Position numbers and translations under genes: made by a program. Below, piece after piece: positions 48,785 to 62,584 of a stretch of DNA of 64,000 nt. Positions within the stretch are counted from its first letter, which is position 1, and the number at the start of each line of letters is the position of its first letter. Under the pieces are notes generated by a model that was not told where the DNA came from, made no database searches, and was given only the letters and a program-made list of their open reading frames with translations. The stretch comes from Octopus vulgaris (Eukaryota): positions 5,704,001-5,768,000 of the forward strand of contig OX597818.1 in NCBI GenBank assembly GCA_951406725.2. The letters run 5' to 3'.

Positions 48785-50959
48785 TTCAAAGGACTGAAAT
48801 TCACACCTACACCAACAGCCAACCACCAAGAATTAAAGGAGGATATCCAAAAATTCTGTCGAAAATTACGACTTGTAGAATTCTTCGCTAACAAAAGTAA
48901 TGAGATTGATGAATCCCTAGTAAGGAATAAATCAAATTTCACCCCACCAAAAGGAAGAAATAACTACCTTGACCAATACATTGATATCCTGTCTAAATTT
49001 CCCCTTAGACGCAATACCAATGTTAGGCCAAACATTAGCAAATCAGAGATGTCTGCATGTAAACGTATACAAAACGATCAAACAATAATAATTAAACAAG
49101 CAGATAAAGGTGGTGCAATTGTTATTATGGATACCGAATACTATAAGGATTTGGTTGAAGACCAACTGAAGGATACAACCTTCTATTGTGAAATACCCGC
49201 AAATATAGACCACCACATCATGAAAAAGATCAACAACCTGATTTCAACACACCACAACTCACTTACGGATAATGAAAAAGACTACATCACCAATTTTGAA
49301 CCAAAACCCAGCAACTTCTACGGCTTACCAAAAATACACAAATCAAAAAACATTCAACAGGCAGTAAAAGAACAAGAAAGTGAGTACATAAAATTATTAC
49401 ATCCAAAAGACCTAAAACTTAGACCTATTATAGCTGGTCCAGCATGCCCTACACACCGTCTAAGCAATTTTATTGACATTGTTTTGAAACCACTATGTAC
49501 TTACATACCAAGTTTCATCAGGGATGACATCGACTTCCTGTCCCATCTTCCCAAAACAACAGAAACAAATTCAGTTTTACTAAGTTTTGATGTGGTAAGC
49601 CTCTACACCAATATTCCACACGATTTAGGAATAAAGGCGATTAAATACTGGTTAGAAAAACATAGAGAAGTGATTCCCAGCAGATTCACAGTGCCATTTA
49701 TATTAGACACAGTCAAACTTATTCTAGAAAATAACACATTCTTCTTCAATGGAAAGAATTACATCCAAATTAGAGGCACGGCGATGGGAACGAGGTTTGC
49801 TCCCGTTTACGCCAACTCTGTAATGGGATACTTAGAAGAACAACTCTACCAAGAGGTGGAGGTAAACTATGGCACTGGATTTAGAAAGTATATTGAAAAG
49901 GCATGGAAGAGATACCTAGACGACTGTTTCATAATCTGGACAGAATCTCTAAATACTCTGGAAGAGTTCAATATCCTCCTGAACAACCTACACCCATCTC
50001 TCAAATTTACAAAGGAGATGAGTAGTACCAAATTACCATTCCTGGATATAATGGTAATTAAAAAAGACACCACCATCACCACAGATATATACTATAAACA
50101 CACAGACACACATCAATACCTAAATTTTAAGTCGTGCCATCCACCACATACAAAACGTAACATCCCATACTGCCTAGCCAGAAGAATTTATACTATTGTA
50201 GAAGATGCAAATATCAGGAACAAACGCCTAATAGAACTAAGAGAATTTTTGCTCAAACAAAAATACCCATCTCTACTTATAGAAAATGGCATACAGCGGG
50301 CTATAAAAATACCTATACAACAACTTAGGACAACCCAAGGAAGAGGAAAACAAGAACAAGTCATACCATTCATAGTGACACACAACCCATGTCACCAGAA
50401 TATCTTCAACATTGCCAAAGCAAACCTACCAATCATTGCCCAAAGTAATGAATTAAAAGACATAATCAAGGATCGAGCTATGGTGCTTAGTAAAAGACAG
50501 CCTAAAAACTTGAAAACATTACTAACAAAGGCAAAATTTGACCTCAGCAACAAAGACCAAACATTCACGGTATCTAAATGCAATGATAGCCGATGTGGCA
50601 CATGCCAATTCATACATACCGGTCAATATATAAACACAAAAACCGGGAAAATATTCACAAACGCGAATATGAACTGCAAAAGCAGAAATTTAATTTACTG
50701 CATCAAATGCCCAAATTGTGAAGAAATATATGTAGGTCAGACGGGAAACGCACTATTAGAACGCTCACGTGTACACCGGCAACAGATTAGAGACCCAGAG
50801 GTCCGTCAGATACCTTTGAGTAACCACCTAGCAACATGTGGTCGGAAAATATATATAATATTTCCATTCTACAAATTACACAGCCCAAGTGAAATCGAGA
50901 GGAAAATCAGAGAAAAGAATTTTATTGATAAATTCGAACCCAAGCTAAATAAGCAATAA
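48785..50959 (+). CDS. Neptune-clade Penelope-like element polyprotein: RT plus GIY-YIG endonuclease, uninterrupted but 5'-truncated
   Basis: The frame is open 88 codons upstream of the listed ATG (FKGLKFTPTP...). Motifs: KQADKGG, FYGLPKIHK, LRPII, SFDVVSLYTNI, GTAMGT, WKRYLDD, LPFLD, linker CNDSRCGTC, LIYCIKCPNCEEIYVGQTG, and the R..H...H of the CCHH motif. Confidence 0.96.
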   Translation, partial: FKGLKFTPTPTANHQELKEDIQKFCRKLRLVEFFANKSNEIDESLVRNKSNFTPPKGRNNYLDQYIDILSKFPLRRNTNVRPNISKSEMSACKRIQNDQTIIIKQADKGGAIVIMDTEYYKDLVEDQLKDTTFYCEIPANIDHHIMKKINNLISTHHNSLTDNEKDYITNFEPKPSNFYGLPKIHKSKNIQQAVKEQESEYIKLLHPKDLKLRPIIAGPACPTHRLSNFIDIVLKPLCTYIPSFIRDDIDFLSHLPKTTETNSVLLSFDVVSLYTNIPHDLGIKAIKYWLEKHREVIPSRFTVPFILDTVKLILENNTFFFNGKNYIQIRGTAMGTRFAPVYANSVMGYLEEQLYQEVEVNYGTGFRKYIEKAWKRYLDDCFIIWTESLNTLEEFNILLNNLHPSLKFTKEMSSTKLPFLDIMVIKKDTTITTDIYYKHTDTHQYLNFKSCHPPHTKRNIPYCLARRIYTIVEDANIRNKRLIELREFLLKQKYPSLLIENGIQRAIKIPIQQLRTTQGRGKQEQVIPFIVTHNPCHQNIFNIAKANLPIIAQSNELKDIIKDRAMVLSKRQPKNLKTLLTKAKFDLSNKDQTFTVSKCNDSRCGTCQFIHTGQYINTKTGKIFTNANMNCKSRNLIYCIKCPNCEEIYVGQTGNALLERSRVHRQQIRDPEVRQIPLSNHLATCGRKIYIIFPFYKLHSPSEIERKIREKNFIDKFEPKLNKQ

Positions 50960-51274
50960 TAATAATACTTAGAGGTATTACTTCCACTGCTACGACCATG
51001 ACCACTAACAACAACAACAATACTAAAGGTGATCAAGACGAAGATAGCAGGAAAATTATCTTATTTAGGGTTAAAAGTTCTATTGCCACCACCATCACCA
51101 CTAGCAACAATAATTAAGGTGCTGACAATGATGATGATGACAATTGAAATATAAAAATATAAAAATCTCTGACAAAGGATATTTACAACATTTCTAAAAA
51201 TAACCCAACAATTGCTGCTTCGGCCAGGGTCAAGATACAGGACTCTTGACCTGTCCAACAAAGCGTGATGCCTA

Positions 51275-51392
51275 AACCAATCAGCTCAACCAACCAATCA
51301 GCTTAAGTAATTGAGTGATACTACACACTGATTGGTCAGAATACAGTTTGCAAAACCTAGCACTCTGGAGCCTACCCAGCTGTATTTATAGC
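51275..51392 (+). promoter_or_regulatory. Putative Pol II promoter in the pLTR: three CCAAT boxes and a TATA-like element
   Basis: CCAATCAG at 51277 and 51294, reverse CTGATTGG at ~51328-51335, TATTTATA at 51383. Confidence 0.6.
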
Positions 51393-51453
51393 ACAGAATC
51401 ACTCATCTTGCTACAGTCAAAAATTGTGAAGCATGACTGTCAACACTACTACA

Positions 51454-51498
51454 TGAACCCGAAGATTGCAGAATTCAATGCATGAAAGTACTAGTTCA
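51454..51498 (+). ncRNA. Type I hammerhead with U4C change
   Basis: TGAAC-CCGAAGA-T-TGCA-GAATTCAA-TGCA-T-GAAAG-TA-CTA-GTTCA: 5-bp stem I, palindromic AGUACU helix III, CUA triplet. Confidence 0.7.
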
Positions 51499-52097
51499 AT
51501 CAGAATGAATATTTAACATTCTACTATTTCATTTTATTTTATTCAATTATAATATATTATCTTATAATATATCATTATAAGATTGTAAATAAAACGTGAA
51601 AATCAGACAAGGTTGGAATTCTTTTTATTAATATATTCTTCTATACACAATCACACACCCCCATATATATATATATCTATATATATATATATATATATAT
51701 ATGTGTCTATAATTTAAGACTCAACGATCTAAGTGTACGATGTTAGTAAGATTCGTAGTAGGTAGGGAATGGAGCTGGTAAAATTCAGGCTACGTCTGCT
51801 TCCAACCTAGCAAAACCTCGGAAATAATGACTATTCAACGAGGTGTACTCCACTAGCTACTCATCACGTCAATGATCCCTTAGTCAATTGAAGTTATATT
51901 GTCATCGAGTAATCTCGAGTTAGCTAGTGGAGTGCCCCTTGTTTATTAATTATCATCCCCGAGCTTCTGCTAGCGAAGAAGCATATATAATCTGGATTTT
52001 ACCTGCTCCATTCCCTCAATTTGGATATATCTACATACAACACACATTTATACTTACATATATGTATGCATATATAAATACATACATACATACATAC

Positions 52098-52130
<33 letters not shown>

Positions 52131-52153
52131 CGCATACACACACACACACACAC

Positions 52154-52237
<84 letters not shown>

Positions 52238-52580
52238 AACAAAATCACAATAGAGGACAATAAAACATTCGGACGGATAGACGATTCAAAGGCGGACAAG
52301 AGAAACAACATTAGAAGGACAGGCAAAAAAATACGGGTCATTCGTGGACTTCATTCCTCAGTCAAGTACCAGAAGTCACAACCGTTTCAGGCAGGTACAC
52401 ATGAGATTGTTCGATCTGGTTCCCCGCCAAAAATCTAAGCTAAGAGCATTATAACCTCTTTGTAAATAAAGATAGCGAATGTGTACGGTAACAAAGACAA
52501 AAAAACGTAGAACATGGTACACAAAAAGACAAAACACGGAAAACATGGTACACAACTACATATACAAACAGTAAAATAAA

Positions 52581-52616
<36 letters not shown>

Positions 52617-52879
52617 TATGTGAGAAAAAAGGAAGTCTTTGTAACTGAGTTTGTTTCTCAACACGACTAGACATACACTGCGGGTGTGTTTGGTGAAAGT
52701 GATCAATAAAATAAGTACCAGGTTTAAATATATAAACATTCGCGTGGAATCATTCGACTAAGTATTCGATAAGACGGTGCCAGATCGTTGTTAGACCCAG
52801 CATGGCCATGGTCTAACAAATAAAACAAGTCAAACAAAAGATAAAAGATACAGCATCGTCAGCCCGGACGGGGTAAACC

Positions 52880-53197
52880 TCTTCTTCTTCTTCTTCTTCT
52901 TCTTCTTCTTCTTCTTCTTCTTCTTCTTCTTCTTCTTCGTCGTCGTCTTCTTCTTCTTCTTCTTCTTCTTCTTCTTCTTCTTCTTCTTCTTCTTCTTCTT
53001 CTTCTTCTTCTTCTTCTTCTTCTTCTTCTTCTTCTCCTCCTCCTCCATCTTCTTCTTCTTCTTCTTCTTTTCTTCTCTTCCGCCCCTCTTCCCTTTTTTC
53101 TTCTTCCTCTCATTCCTCTCATCCTCCTCCTCTTCCTCCTCCTCCCCATCTCCTTTCTCTCCTCCCATCTTTCCTCCTCCTCTTTCTCCACCTTTCC
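52880..53197. repeat. (TTC)n/(TCC)n polypyrimidine tract
   Basis: Directly visible. Confidence 0.95.
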
Positions 53198-53670
53198 TGC
53201 TGCTGTTTATAAAGTTCCGAGTATTTACTCGCTTGCCAATTTACATTGCTTGCCCAGTTATATTACATTAAAAAAAATTCCCTGTTGTTATGAAGTTAAT
53301 CTCGTGAATGAATAAAGTACTTTTCTGTTTTTAAGTGTCCAATAATAGGCCGCGCTTGATTCGAACATTTCAATTTTGACTAATTATTTCAAATAGTTAT
53401 CAAACTTGAAGTTGAATTGACAGTTATTGGAGCACTGGAGAGAATATCTTGCGATATTTTTCTCACCTTCTGTGCTAACGAGCTTGACTTTGTTTTCCAT
53501 CTAGGAGCAGGTGTGGCAATCTGGTAAAATGTTTGCTTCCCAACAATGGATTATCACGTTTCAGTCTCGCTGCGCGGCACCTTAAACAAGTACCTTTCAG
53601 TATGCTACCGGGACGATTAAAGCTTGTATTTGGATTTGGTAGACGGAAACTGAAAGCAGTCCGTTATATG

Positions 53671-53777
<107 letters not shown>

Positions 53778-54666
53778 GTGTAAGATTATTAAAGTGACTA
53801 GACGCAAATTAAAATTAACAGGCATAATTTAATTGCTATTAAAAGTGACTAGGGTGCAATTCTACACCGGCATTGCTAGAAATAAGAGTCAAAGAACTCT
53901 TAGCCACTAACAGAGCTCAGTGTAGGGAGTATTAAATGAAATGAGGTATTTTATTCATTGGGACTTGTGTTAAAGTTGGAGTTATTACCAACAGCTAAAT
54001 TTTCTGAAAGATGGGAAGAAGTGGCAGAATATGTTTTTCCTACTTCTTGAAGAATTATGTTTTTTCCTTACGAATTGTAACGTTTGTTTTCTAATTGCTG
54101 CTGCAGTCATTTAGTTCTAGATCAGCCGGGTTAAACAAACATTCTATCGTAATTGTTTCCGATATAACCATAATTTATCTCTTCCAGTTATAGTTTTATC
54201 CAATGAGTCCTTCATTAATAAACGAGCTTTACATTTTTAAAAGGATGCTTTATGATTAAGAGAAATATGGCTACTCTGTCTTGACAAAAGAGCAATGAAA
54301 TACTAGTTCAGCTTTGTTCGATGATTCCAATATATTTCTTAGCTTCTTTTGATTCAGTTATATGAAATGTCTGGCTTTTTAAAGATTGGTTTTACTTCGA
54401 TGCAACTCAGGAATTCAGGCGTATGAAGTATTAAAGGTATTAAATCGTACGAATTCAAACGTATCTTTATTAAGCTCGATTATGCAAATAGTCAGATTTT
54501 GACAACAGTGTGAAAACGAAATTTCATGTATCAAATATTACATAGTATTATTCTGTTATAGGAGCATGTTTCACGGTTCTACTAGTGTATTACAGTAAGA
54601 AATTAAATAATAAATAAAAAAAGCAAAAGAGCTTTAAATAATGATGATGATGATGATGATGATGAT

Positions 54667-54700
<34 letters not shown>

Positions 54701-54714
54701 GCAACAACAACAAC

Positions 54715-54776
<62 letters not shown>

Positions 54777-54778
<2 letters not shown>

Positions 54779-55332
54779 GCCCTGATGCAGTACCAGGCAG
54801 TGGCTCTCATGGCTTCTGATCTTAACTGATTGGAAGTGTCATCATGTACATTGTTTTGTCTTGGTATAAAAGATGGACTACAGCAAATATTCTGCTCAAT
54901 ACCACAGATTTGCTTGTCAGTTGTTTGACCTTAACCAGTTGAGCATGTCCCTTAGTGGCTGACGATATGTGCATCTCTGATCAGGAGCAGAAGTAGTGGG
55001 GGAGCATCATAGCCATGTGTTGAGAGGGATTCTTTGGAGTTTGAATAATTCACCTCTGGAAACATGGGTGGTTCTTTCAACATCCTAAAGCAACCCTTAT
55101 TCAGGGACCTTTTGAGCAGGATAGGCTACTCGACCTGAAGAAAATTCTAACTGGGCCCCACCTGCAAGGTCATGTGCTGTTTATCTTGATATGAGATCAC
55201 CATGTCGCGCACATATGGTTGTGATGCATGTGCCTGGTGTACCTTTATCAGACGGGTAGTCATGATGGGTATGCTGGGCTTCGTATATTTTACCCCAGTG
55301 TCACTTTGATGGCATGCTCTGCTCTCTCACTC
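54777..55332 (+). mobile_element. ~560-bp (TAA)n-targeting non-coding element, opposite orientation to the other copies
   Basis: Reverse complement of 23911-24462; the flanking tracts read (AAT)n. Confidence 0.9.
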
Positions 55333-56069
55333 AATAATAATAATAATAATAATAATAATAACGATAATAATAATAATCTTAAATATTACTTTTCTCCATA
55401 GATACACGTCTAACTACTTATACACTAGAAAATACAAGATATTGACAAAAGCAGAAATAAATCGAAGTAAGAAAAAGATATCATGAAAGCACTGCAATTA
55501 AGTAATTTTATCAAAACTCATTACTTTCGCATAGCTTGTCTTTTCGTTAATGGAATTTGACCGGGAGATATTTTAGAGTTGGTGCAGTCAGTAATTATCG
55601 AAACTTTCTCTTCCTTACTGTCTCCTCATACTCTCAACTTATGATTTTGTGTACAGACGATATATTCACACACAATATATTCTATAATAATATATTTAAT
55701 AAGGGAAGCAATGATTGTATTACCAACATCACCGACGTCAGCAGCAGAAGCATCGAAATCTTAGAACAACTGACTTCACATTTCTTTTCAACAGTGCAGC
55801 ATTGGACAGCATTACATTAGCATTTTCGGTTTCATGCATTTAATTGAACTTTTTCTAATTCCTCTTCTCGTACCCCTCATCATTTTCAATATTGTAGTTA
55901 TGATACTATAACAAGAAAGTAATATAATGAGCGGTTAAAATTTTCTGCGTTCCTTATAGTTTTTCTATATTTTCGTCTGTCATACCGTCTTTCCATTACA
56001 CACACACACACATCAACACACACATACACATACAATAAGAGTATTGCACGTCAACAGAAGAAAGCTTAT

Positions 56070-56101
<32 letters not shown>

Positions 56102-57959
56102 GTATGTATGTATGTATGTGTGTATGTATGTATGTATGTATGTATATGTATGTGTATGTGTGTTTGTGTTTGTTTGTGTGTGTGTATGATTGAAAAACGG
56201 TGTTACAGAAGAAAATATAGGAAAACCATAATGAGGCAGAAAATTTTAACCTCACATCATATTATTTTCTTGTATCACTCGCTGGATTGGGTACAAACTT
56301 GACTTGATTTGTAGTTTTTCAAATCGATTAGACTTGTTTTCACCTTCTCTTCTATCGGTGTCATTTCTACTGAAACGCTAATTGAAGGGGGCGTACACAA
56401 ACCTAGAGTGGCTCTCAAAAGTTGAGAGGGAAACACGTTACACATATGGAATAGAATATGGCTACTTTGTTTCTCATAGTTGCATGAAATATAATCACAA
56501 TTCCTACCAAAAAATCTCATCATATCACATAACCTTAATATTGAGCATCACTCACCTAGAACTTTCAAAACCACCCTAATTCCTTTGGTTTCTGTATTGC
56601 CGAAGACGGGGCTCATAGGTCTTTATGTTTCAGTTTTAGTGTATAGAATGACGTAACATAGCAGATGAATTACTTTCACTTTTGGCTCTAGCAATTAAAC
56701 TGGCATGGTTAGATTTTATTAGTATGCTTCCTAGAGGGAAACTTCAATAATAGAACTGTCCTTCTTTTGTCATCCATGTTCGTGTTCTATTTAGTATACT
56801 GTCAGTAAGAAATGGTTGCACATGCTTGTGAAGTTTTTAACCAGAATTCTGCTCTAGAGTATTTCCAACTTGGTATCATTATTTATCACTTAATTTAAAT
56901 TTATTTCTCCGTTTCTCATTTAGTTATCACTTTCCCATTTGTAACAGTTATATAATTTTGATTTGGTCATATATGGTCCACTTCCCTGCAATGCTGAATC
57001 TCATTCCTCTAGACAGCTAACCAAATGCTTCTTGCTGCATCGGCTTTTGGCACCTCATCCTCCTGTTCATCGATCTAGTTGCTCAGCTGTTGGTAAAGCT
57101 TACTGACTATATTTCTGAAGAGTCTCTTCTACTTAAAGTAGTTTAATTCTTTGAATGTACTTTCTTTTTGTTTTTTGACTTATTCCTTTCCTTCATTTTC
57201 TTTTTTTACAATTATTACTGTTAGTCTTCTAAGTTATCTATTGAACCGATCATTTTGATTCTCACTCTCCAATTCCCTATATGATTTTTTCTTTTTGTTT
57301 AAATTTTAACCACAAGCATTCTTATGGGAACAGAGGCTGTGCTGTATTAGAGGCATTTTAGATCAGCTGTGTACTCAATACTGGTTCTCATTCTAGGCTC
57401 ATCCAGAAACTTTTACTGCTTCACGCAGTTTTTATTCAACTGGGTTCGAATATATCAACTGACATCCTCTCCTCAAAATTAAAAACAAAACCTTATGTCT
57501 TAATCGAAAACCAATAATATTGATACTGTTGCCATTGATATACCGTAATATATCTGAGTGCAAAAAAAGATTAAAAATGAACATATATTCCCAAAAAATT
57601 AAAAAGGGTAAGTATAAAACAAATCTGCTCTTTAAAACCCGAGAGATTTAACTAGAGGAAATACGATGGGTTTATAATACCAACATCATCACCGCCACCT
57701 CCTTGTCATACGCAACATTGATCCTGAAAATATTACTACAACTACAATATCAACATAATCTACATCAAAATCAACAGAAAGCGCAACACTCGCAAAGAAA
57801 TACAATCTAAATGCCCAGAGAACCAAACAACAAAGAATTAATAGACAAAACAGATACATCAATCACAGAATTATAATCAATGACTATATCACGCGAAAGA
57901 TAACATATCTCACACATCGTAAAGGTAAAAGTATAAACAGTAGGGGAATTTCAATGAGT

Positions 57960-58800
57960 CAATAAACAAAATGATATGAGAAATATTTTCTAGTGGTGAG
58001 CGACAATGTAATTGGAATGACAGATCACTTATCGTTCTGTAGGAATAATGTATGAACAATTCCTCTGGCGGAGCAGGCCACACCAGAACCTGGGTTGCAA
58101 TTGACGACTCATTCTGTGAGTCTATGTTTTCCCAAGTTACTGCTCTACTTCCCTGTTTACTGTGAGTGTCCCAGATTTTATCTCCTTGAATAGTTTCCTA
58201 GCCAACTGGAACAGGTACCTGAAGAAGCAAACTCCTAAATATTTCTTTCTGCTTCCTTTCTTCCTTGCTATTTCTGTTTTCTTGAGAACACTATTTCTCA
58301 CTTGAGGTCTTCCCAGAGCTTCTTTAATCGTTGTTTCTCAAATACCGAAACAACTTACATCTACTTCTTGAGATCCATTTTCTTCATTTGAATGTTAACC
58401 ATCTCTCGCTGGCGTCTCGATATCTGGAGAGGTGATTTCACATTTGGCTGTCTTATTGTATTCACGTCTCTGCAGATTGTAGAAACTGTCTTCCTATGCA
58501 GTTAGTTTGTGTTCTAAAGTGCTCTAGGGCACAATCCGTTTTAGAGTGCCCTATGAATACAATCCGTTTTTGGACTATTTTTTAGTCCACAATATCCCAC
58601 TCTTCTTTTGAACTTGTGAGAGGCAAATTCAGCTTAAATCAGTAAAAATACCTCGCCTTAATCAAGAGCGTGGATATCCTTAGTATTGTAGTTTGACGCC
58701 TGGCCTTCCAAGAGCAATGCGCTGCTTTTCATTCAACAGGATCTTTGCACAGACCTTTTCAACCTGTGGACCTTAATTGGGAGCAGTGTGGAAAATCGCC
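57960..58800 (-). mobile_element. Possible very old RLE-type (HERO/R2-group-like) non-LTR remnant
   Basis: Minus-strand fragments ELWEDLK, VLKKTEIARKK, LFQLARKLFK and PAPPEELF resemble the pre-RT region of such elements. Confidence 0.3.
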
Positions 58801-59718
58801 TTCCTCAAATACACGGAATGTCTATGAGGCCTGTGTTCATAGTCCGTTTTGAATTCCTGTTCGAATGAATTATTTTCGGTGAATCTCAGGAGCATCTTTC
58901 TTTACTAGAACCGGCAGTATTATAATAAAGGCAACGTGGGAGCTAGCCGTCAAAGGCTGTGTATCTAGTTTTTCCAGTGTCAACCAGACTTTACCGGACG
59001 TCCTCCGGCCAGATCACGGAAGTCAACGGTATAGCAATGTTCCAGAAGATAGAAACTCCCAAGGGAGCGGAACAGCCGAAGGTCTTCAGAGAAGATCGCT
59101 CTACCGAGTGATTCGACCCATAATTTCTTACATTCTAAGGATCCAGGGCGCATCGAGATCGTGGCACTTGGATGCCCTTCTGCTTAGCACTTTGAATATA
59201 GCAGACATGTGAATTTAAACTGCTTCGAGAATTTATCTAGTTAGAATTCCTCAGGTTTCGAACTTGTACTTAAAAAGAAAGTAACGGGAGTTGTCATGGT
59301 AGCGGTAAAACGTTGCCACAGTTACTCACTTAGAGTTACTTCCTTTAAACATTCTGCGTGCTTTAAATAATATCATGTAGAAAATTTATTTAAAAATCAC
59401 TTGGTGAAAAATGTCCGAACATTATAAATTTACCTCACACATTTACTCAGCAAGTATTGCAAGGCTTGTTCACAACTGAAATGTTTACATTATAGAGATG
59501 TTTGTATAATTTTACAACCTTGGAGAGATATCAAATATATCGTTTGGAAGTTGTAACTCGTCAAAGTAAATAATAGCTTGAGGGCACACAGACACACACA
59601 TATATACATACATACTCACATATATACTTATATTATGATGAAAATGCGGGCAGATGCATGTTAATATTCTTACATTATTGTATTTGAAAAACTGAAAAAC
59701 TAGAAAATAAGATTTCTT

Positions 59719-60173
59719 CAGTAGAATTTGCTTAATTTGTCACCTTTAAAGGAAACCAAATGTACTTAAAATTAAAATTCTACTGTACTTAAAATATTGC
59801 AGCCGAGAATATCATTTTAAAAATCCCCTATAGTTTATTAAAACAGAAATTATAAAAAACATTACTGTATTTTTCCAAGAATAAGTCTATCAAATATTAA
59901 GCCTGTGGGCGTATATTCAGAAACTCTTATTATGTATAGCTCCAATAAATTTTATTATTTTCATAAAAAATGATTTAAGCAACATTATTTAAGTTTGTAC
60001 TTAAGTTTGTATTTTGGGAAAAAGCAGTATTTCAAAAATGAAATAAAACAAAATAAAATTTTAAAAAATACAGTAGAATTCGCCTAATTAGTCATCGCTA
60101 GGAGAAAACTGAAAATGACAAATTAGGTGAAGTAACGAATTAGCCAAAGACGATTTAGACTAATTCTATTGTA
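59719..60173. mobile_element. Two tiny pogo/Tigger-like MITE remnants (59719-59785, 60071-60171)
   Basis: TIRs CAGTAGAATT...AATTCTA(C/T)TG; TA flanks on the second copy. Confidence 0.55.
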
Positions 60174-60559
60174 TTAATGATAATAATTTTTACTTATGAT
60201 TTATTTGTCAGATTAAATTTTTTTTTTTTTTTAATGTGGAAGAATTGATTGAACATATGGCTGATTTGAAACCATTTAATGAGCATTATAGTGCAATCAA
60301 TATGTTTGTCTTACTGTAATGAGACTTCAATGAAGTGAAAAAATCTTGTGCAATATTATTTAGAACTTCATATTTTATTGTTTGTAATTGATACAACAAA
60401 ATAAAATGACTATTTTAATTGTATATTTCAAAATACATTACGTTTATTGATACGTCTGAATGTAGAGTTAGATATTCTTTTGGACAACCGAAATGAAGAA
60501 CTACTTATATAAAAATGATGTCAGACACGGAAGTAATTTTACATTGATAAATAACACCT

Positions 60560-62330
60560 GACAGTTTTGTTGTCACAATGGGAAGTTCTAATTTATCACA
60601 AATCACTGATTTGGTCGGTATGAGATGAGTGACCAATTCCCAAACAGCTATATCGAGATGGTTGTCTAATTCACTTTCAAAATTCTTCTAACCAAAAATT
60701 ACAAAGGGTTAAAAGAAAGAATCGTTAAATTTTTCCGTAACATGGGCTTACTATTCTATTCGACGATAATATAACTAAAGCCATTCTTTTGGATATTACT
60801 CTTAACTTACATAATGATTCATATTTCCCAAACCATAAACCCTCAACTAATTTGAATTATTTTAATTCTTTCGGTAATGATTCAAAGGCTATTACAAGGA
60901 ATTTGGTTCGGAATATTTCACTTAGATTTTCTAGATTATCTGCCAATGTTGATATCTTCACCGATAAAGCGGAAGTTTAGAACTCTGCCTTACTTAAAGC
61001 AGGCTATAAAGAAAAAAATTACCTATATTAATCCTATTGACATTAATTCTACTTCTATTAATCAGGACATGAAACCAAATCATAACGGTAATAACAATAT
61101 AAATCTTAGTTCGAATAACAACACTAAATCCAGAAATGTAATTTTGCAGCGTAAGAGAGATAACCGTTCTTTCAGACCCCTTTTCGTTATAAAAGTACAT
61201 CTAGGACTTTTAAAGATAATTACCGTAATAACAAGGCATGTCATAGCAAAACTGTATTGTTGATAATTCCATATGTTAAAAAGATCAAATCCAACCTCCC
61301 TTACGAGTTAGGTGAAGCTATAGATAAGAATTTATCCAAACATTCAAGATACTACTCCGTTATGAATTCACATCGAATCAGAATAGGGTCTTCAAACACC
61401 AACAATCTTTCACGAATCATCTCTTTGCATCACAATAAGTTGTTAAATACAAATCAACTTAATAACATTGTTATTTTTAACACTAAGCATTATTTTAACA
61501 ATAATAACAATATTTGTATTTCTGCTATAAATTCCAATCGCTTTCGTTTCCTTAGCAGTAATTCGAAGACTAGAAACTCTGTTTATCAATGTAAAATTAT
61601 TTGCAGGTCTGATGTCTTGTTTTATATAAGTGGTTCTTCGTCTCAGTTGTCCAAAAGAATATCCAACCATTACACTGCATTTAGACATATCAATAAACGT
61701 AATAATATGGGCTAAGTAAATTAATTTGGTCTCTAAAGGAAAATAATAAACAATTTGGTTTGGAATAGAATATTCTATCTAGTTCCCTTTCCTTATGATA
61801 AAGGTAAATCTTTTAGTTCACTCTGTAACGATGAGATGTATTTCATCCTGTTCTCAGAGAATCCTCTTGTAAACACGTTTAAAGAACGCGTTTATCGTTG
61901 CAAACATTGGCAAAAACATACCTTTAGTTCTTATAAGCAATTTATACTTGTCTATAAAATTCAACCTTTAACTGTCCTCTTACATTTCTTTTCCACTAAA
62001 TATATCTCTTTCTACGACTTTAATCTTTATTCCCATTCAACTATTGCACTATATTTCTCTATCCTTAGTTTTCTCCTAACTTCTTTCTTCCACCCCCTTC
62101 TCTTTCTATAAATTGCCATTGACGTTATATCTATTAACGGTTTTTTTTAATGAAATAACTTACCAGCATTCCCTTCATCATATATGCAGTAATGAAATTC
62201 GGTTTAAATGCCTTATTGTTTCTGATCTTTTCCCTGATGAGACATGATGTTTTACATCATTTTATTCCTTCCAGAATAATTCCAATGCTTTCTTCGACAT
62301 ATATGTCGGAAGTATAAAGATTTGAATAAT
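60560..62330 (+). mobile_element. Decayed Hydra-like PLE (RT C-terminus plus GIY-YIG), same family as 16085-18263
   Basis: GCYRDG-like YRDG motif, FLDITLNL, YYSVMNSHRIRIGSSNTNNLSRIISLHHNKLL, SVYQCKI...FYISG, RISNHY; degenerate CTGATGA-GACAT...ATGTC-GGAA at 62234-62311. Confidence 0.85.
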
Positions 62331-62348
62331 ATCTGCGTTTAACTCCAT

Positions 62349-62387
<39 letters not shown>

Positions 62388-62584
62388 TGTGATACAAAAA
62401 CATTTCACTATACCCTGGAATTTCTACCTTTATAAGTAGGCTGTTACATCCTTGGTACTTTTCATTTTGAAGGCCAGATTTTTCTAGTTAACTAAACAAC
62501 TTGAAACTTCGTATACTGGTAGAATGTGTCAAAAGAAAACATTAGTGTAAACAAAATTGAAAATAAAATTGTAATTCGTAACTT

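Larger units (their letters stand above)
50960..51660 (+). mobile_element. 3' pseudo-LTR/UTR of the Neptune element
   Basis: Follows the ORF stop, contains promoter motifs and a hammerhead, and ends at (TA)n. Confidence 0.8.
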
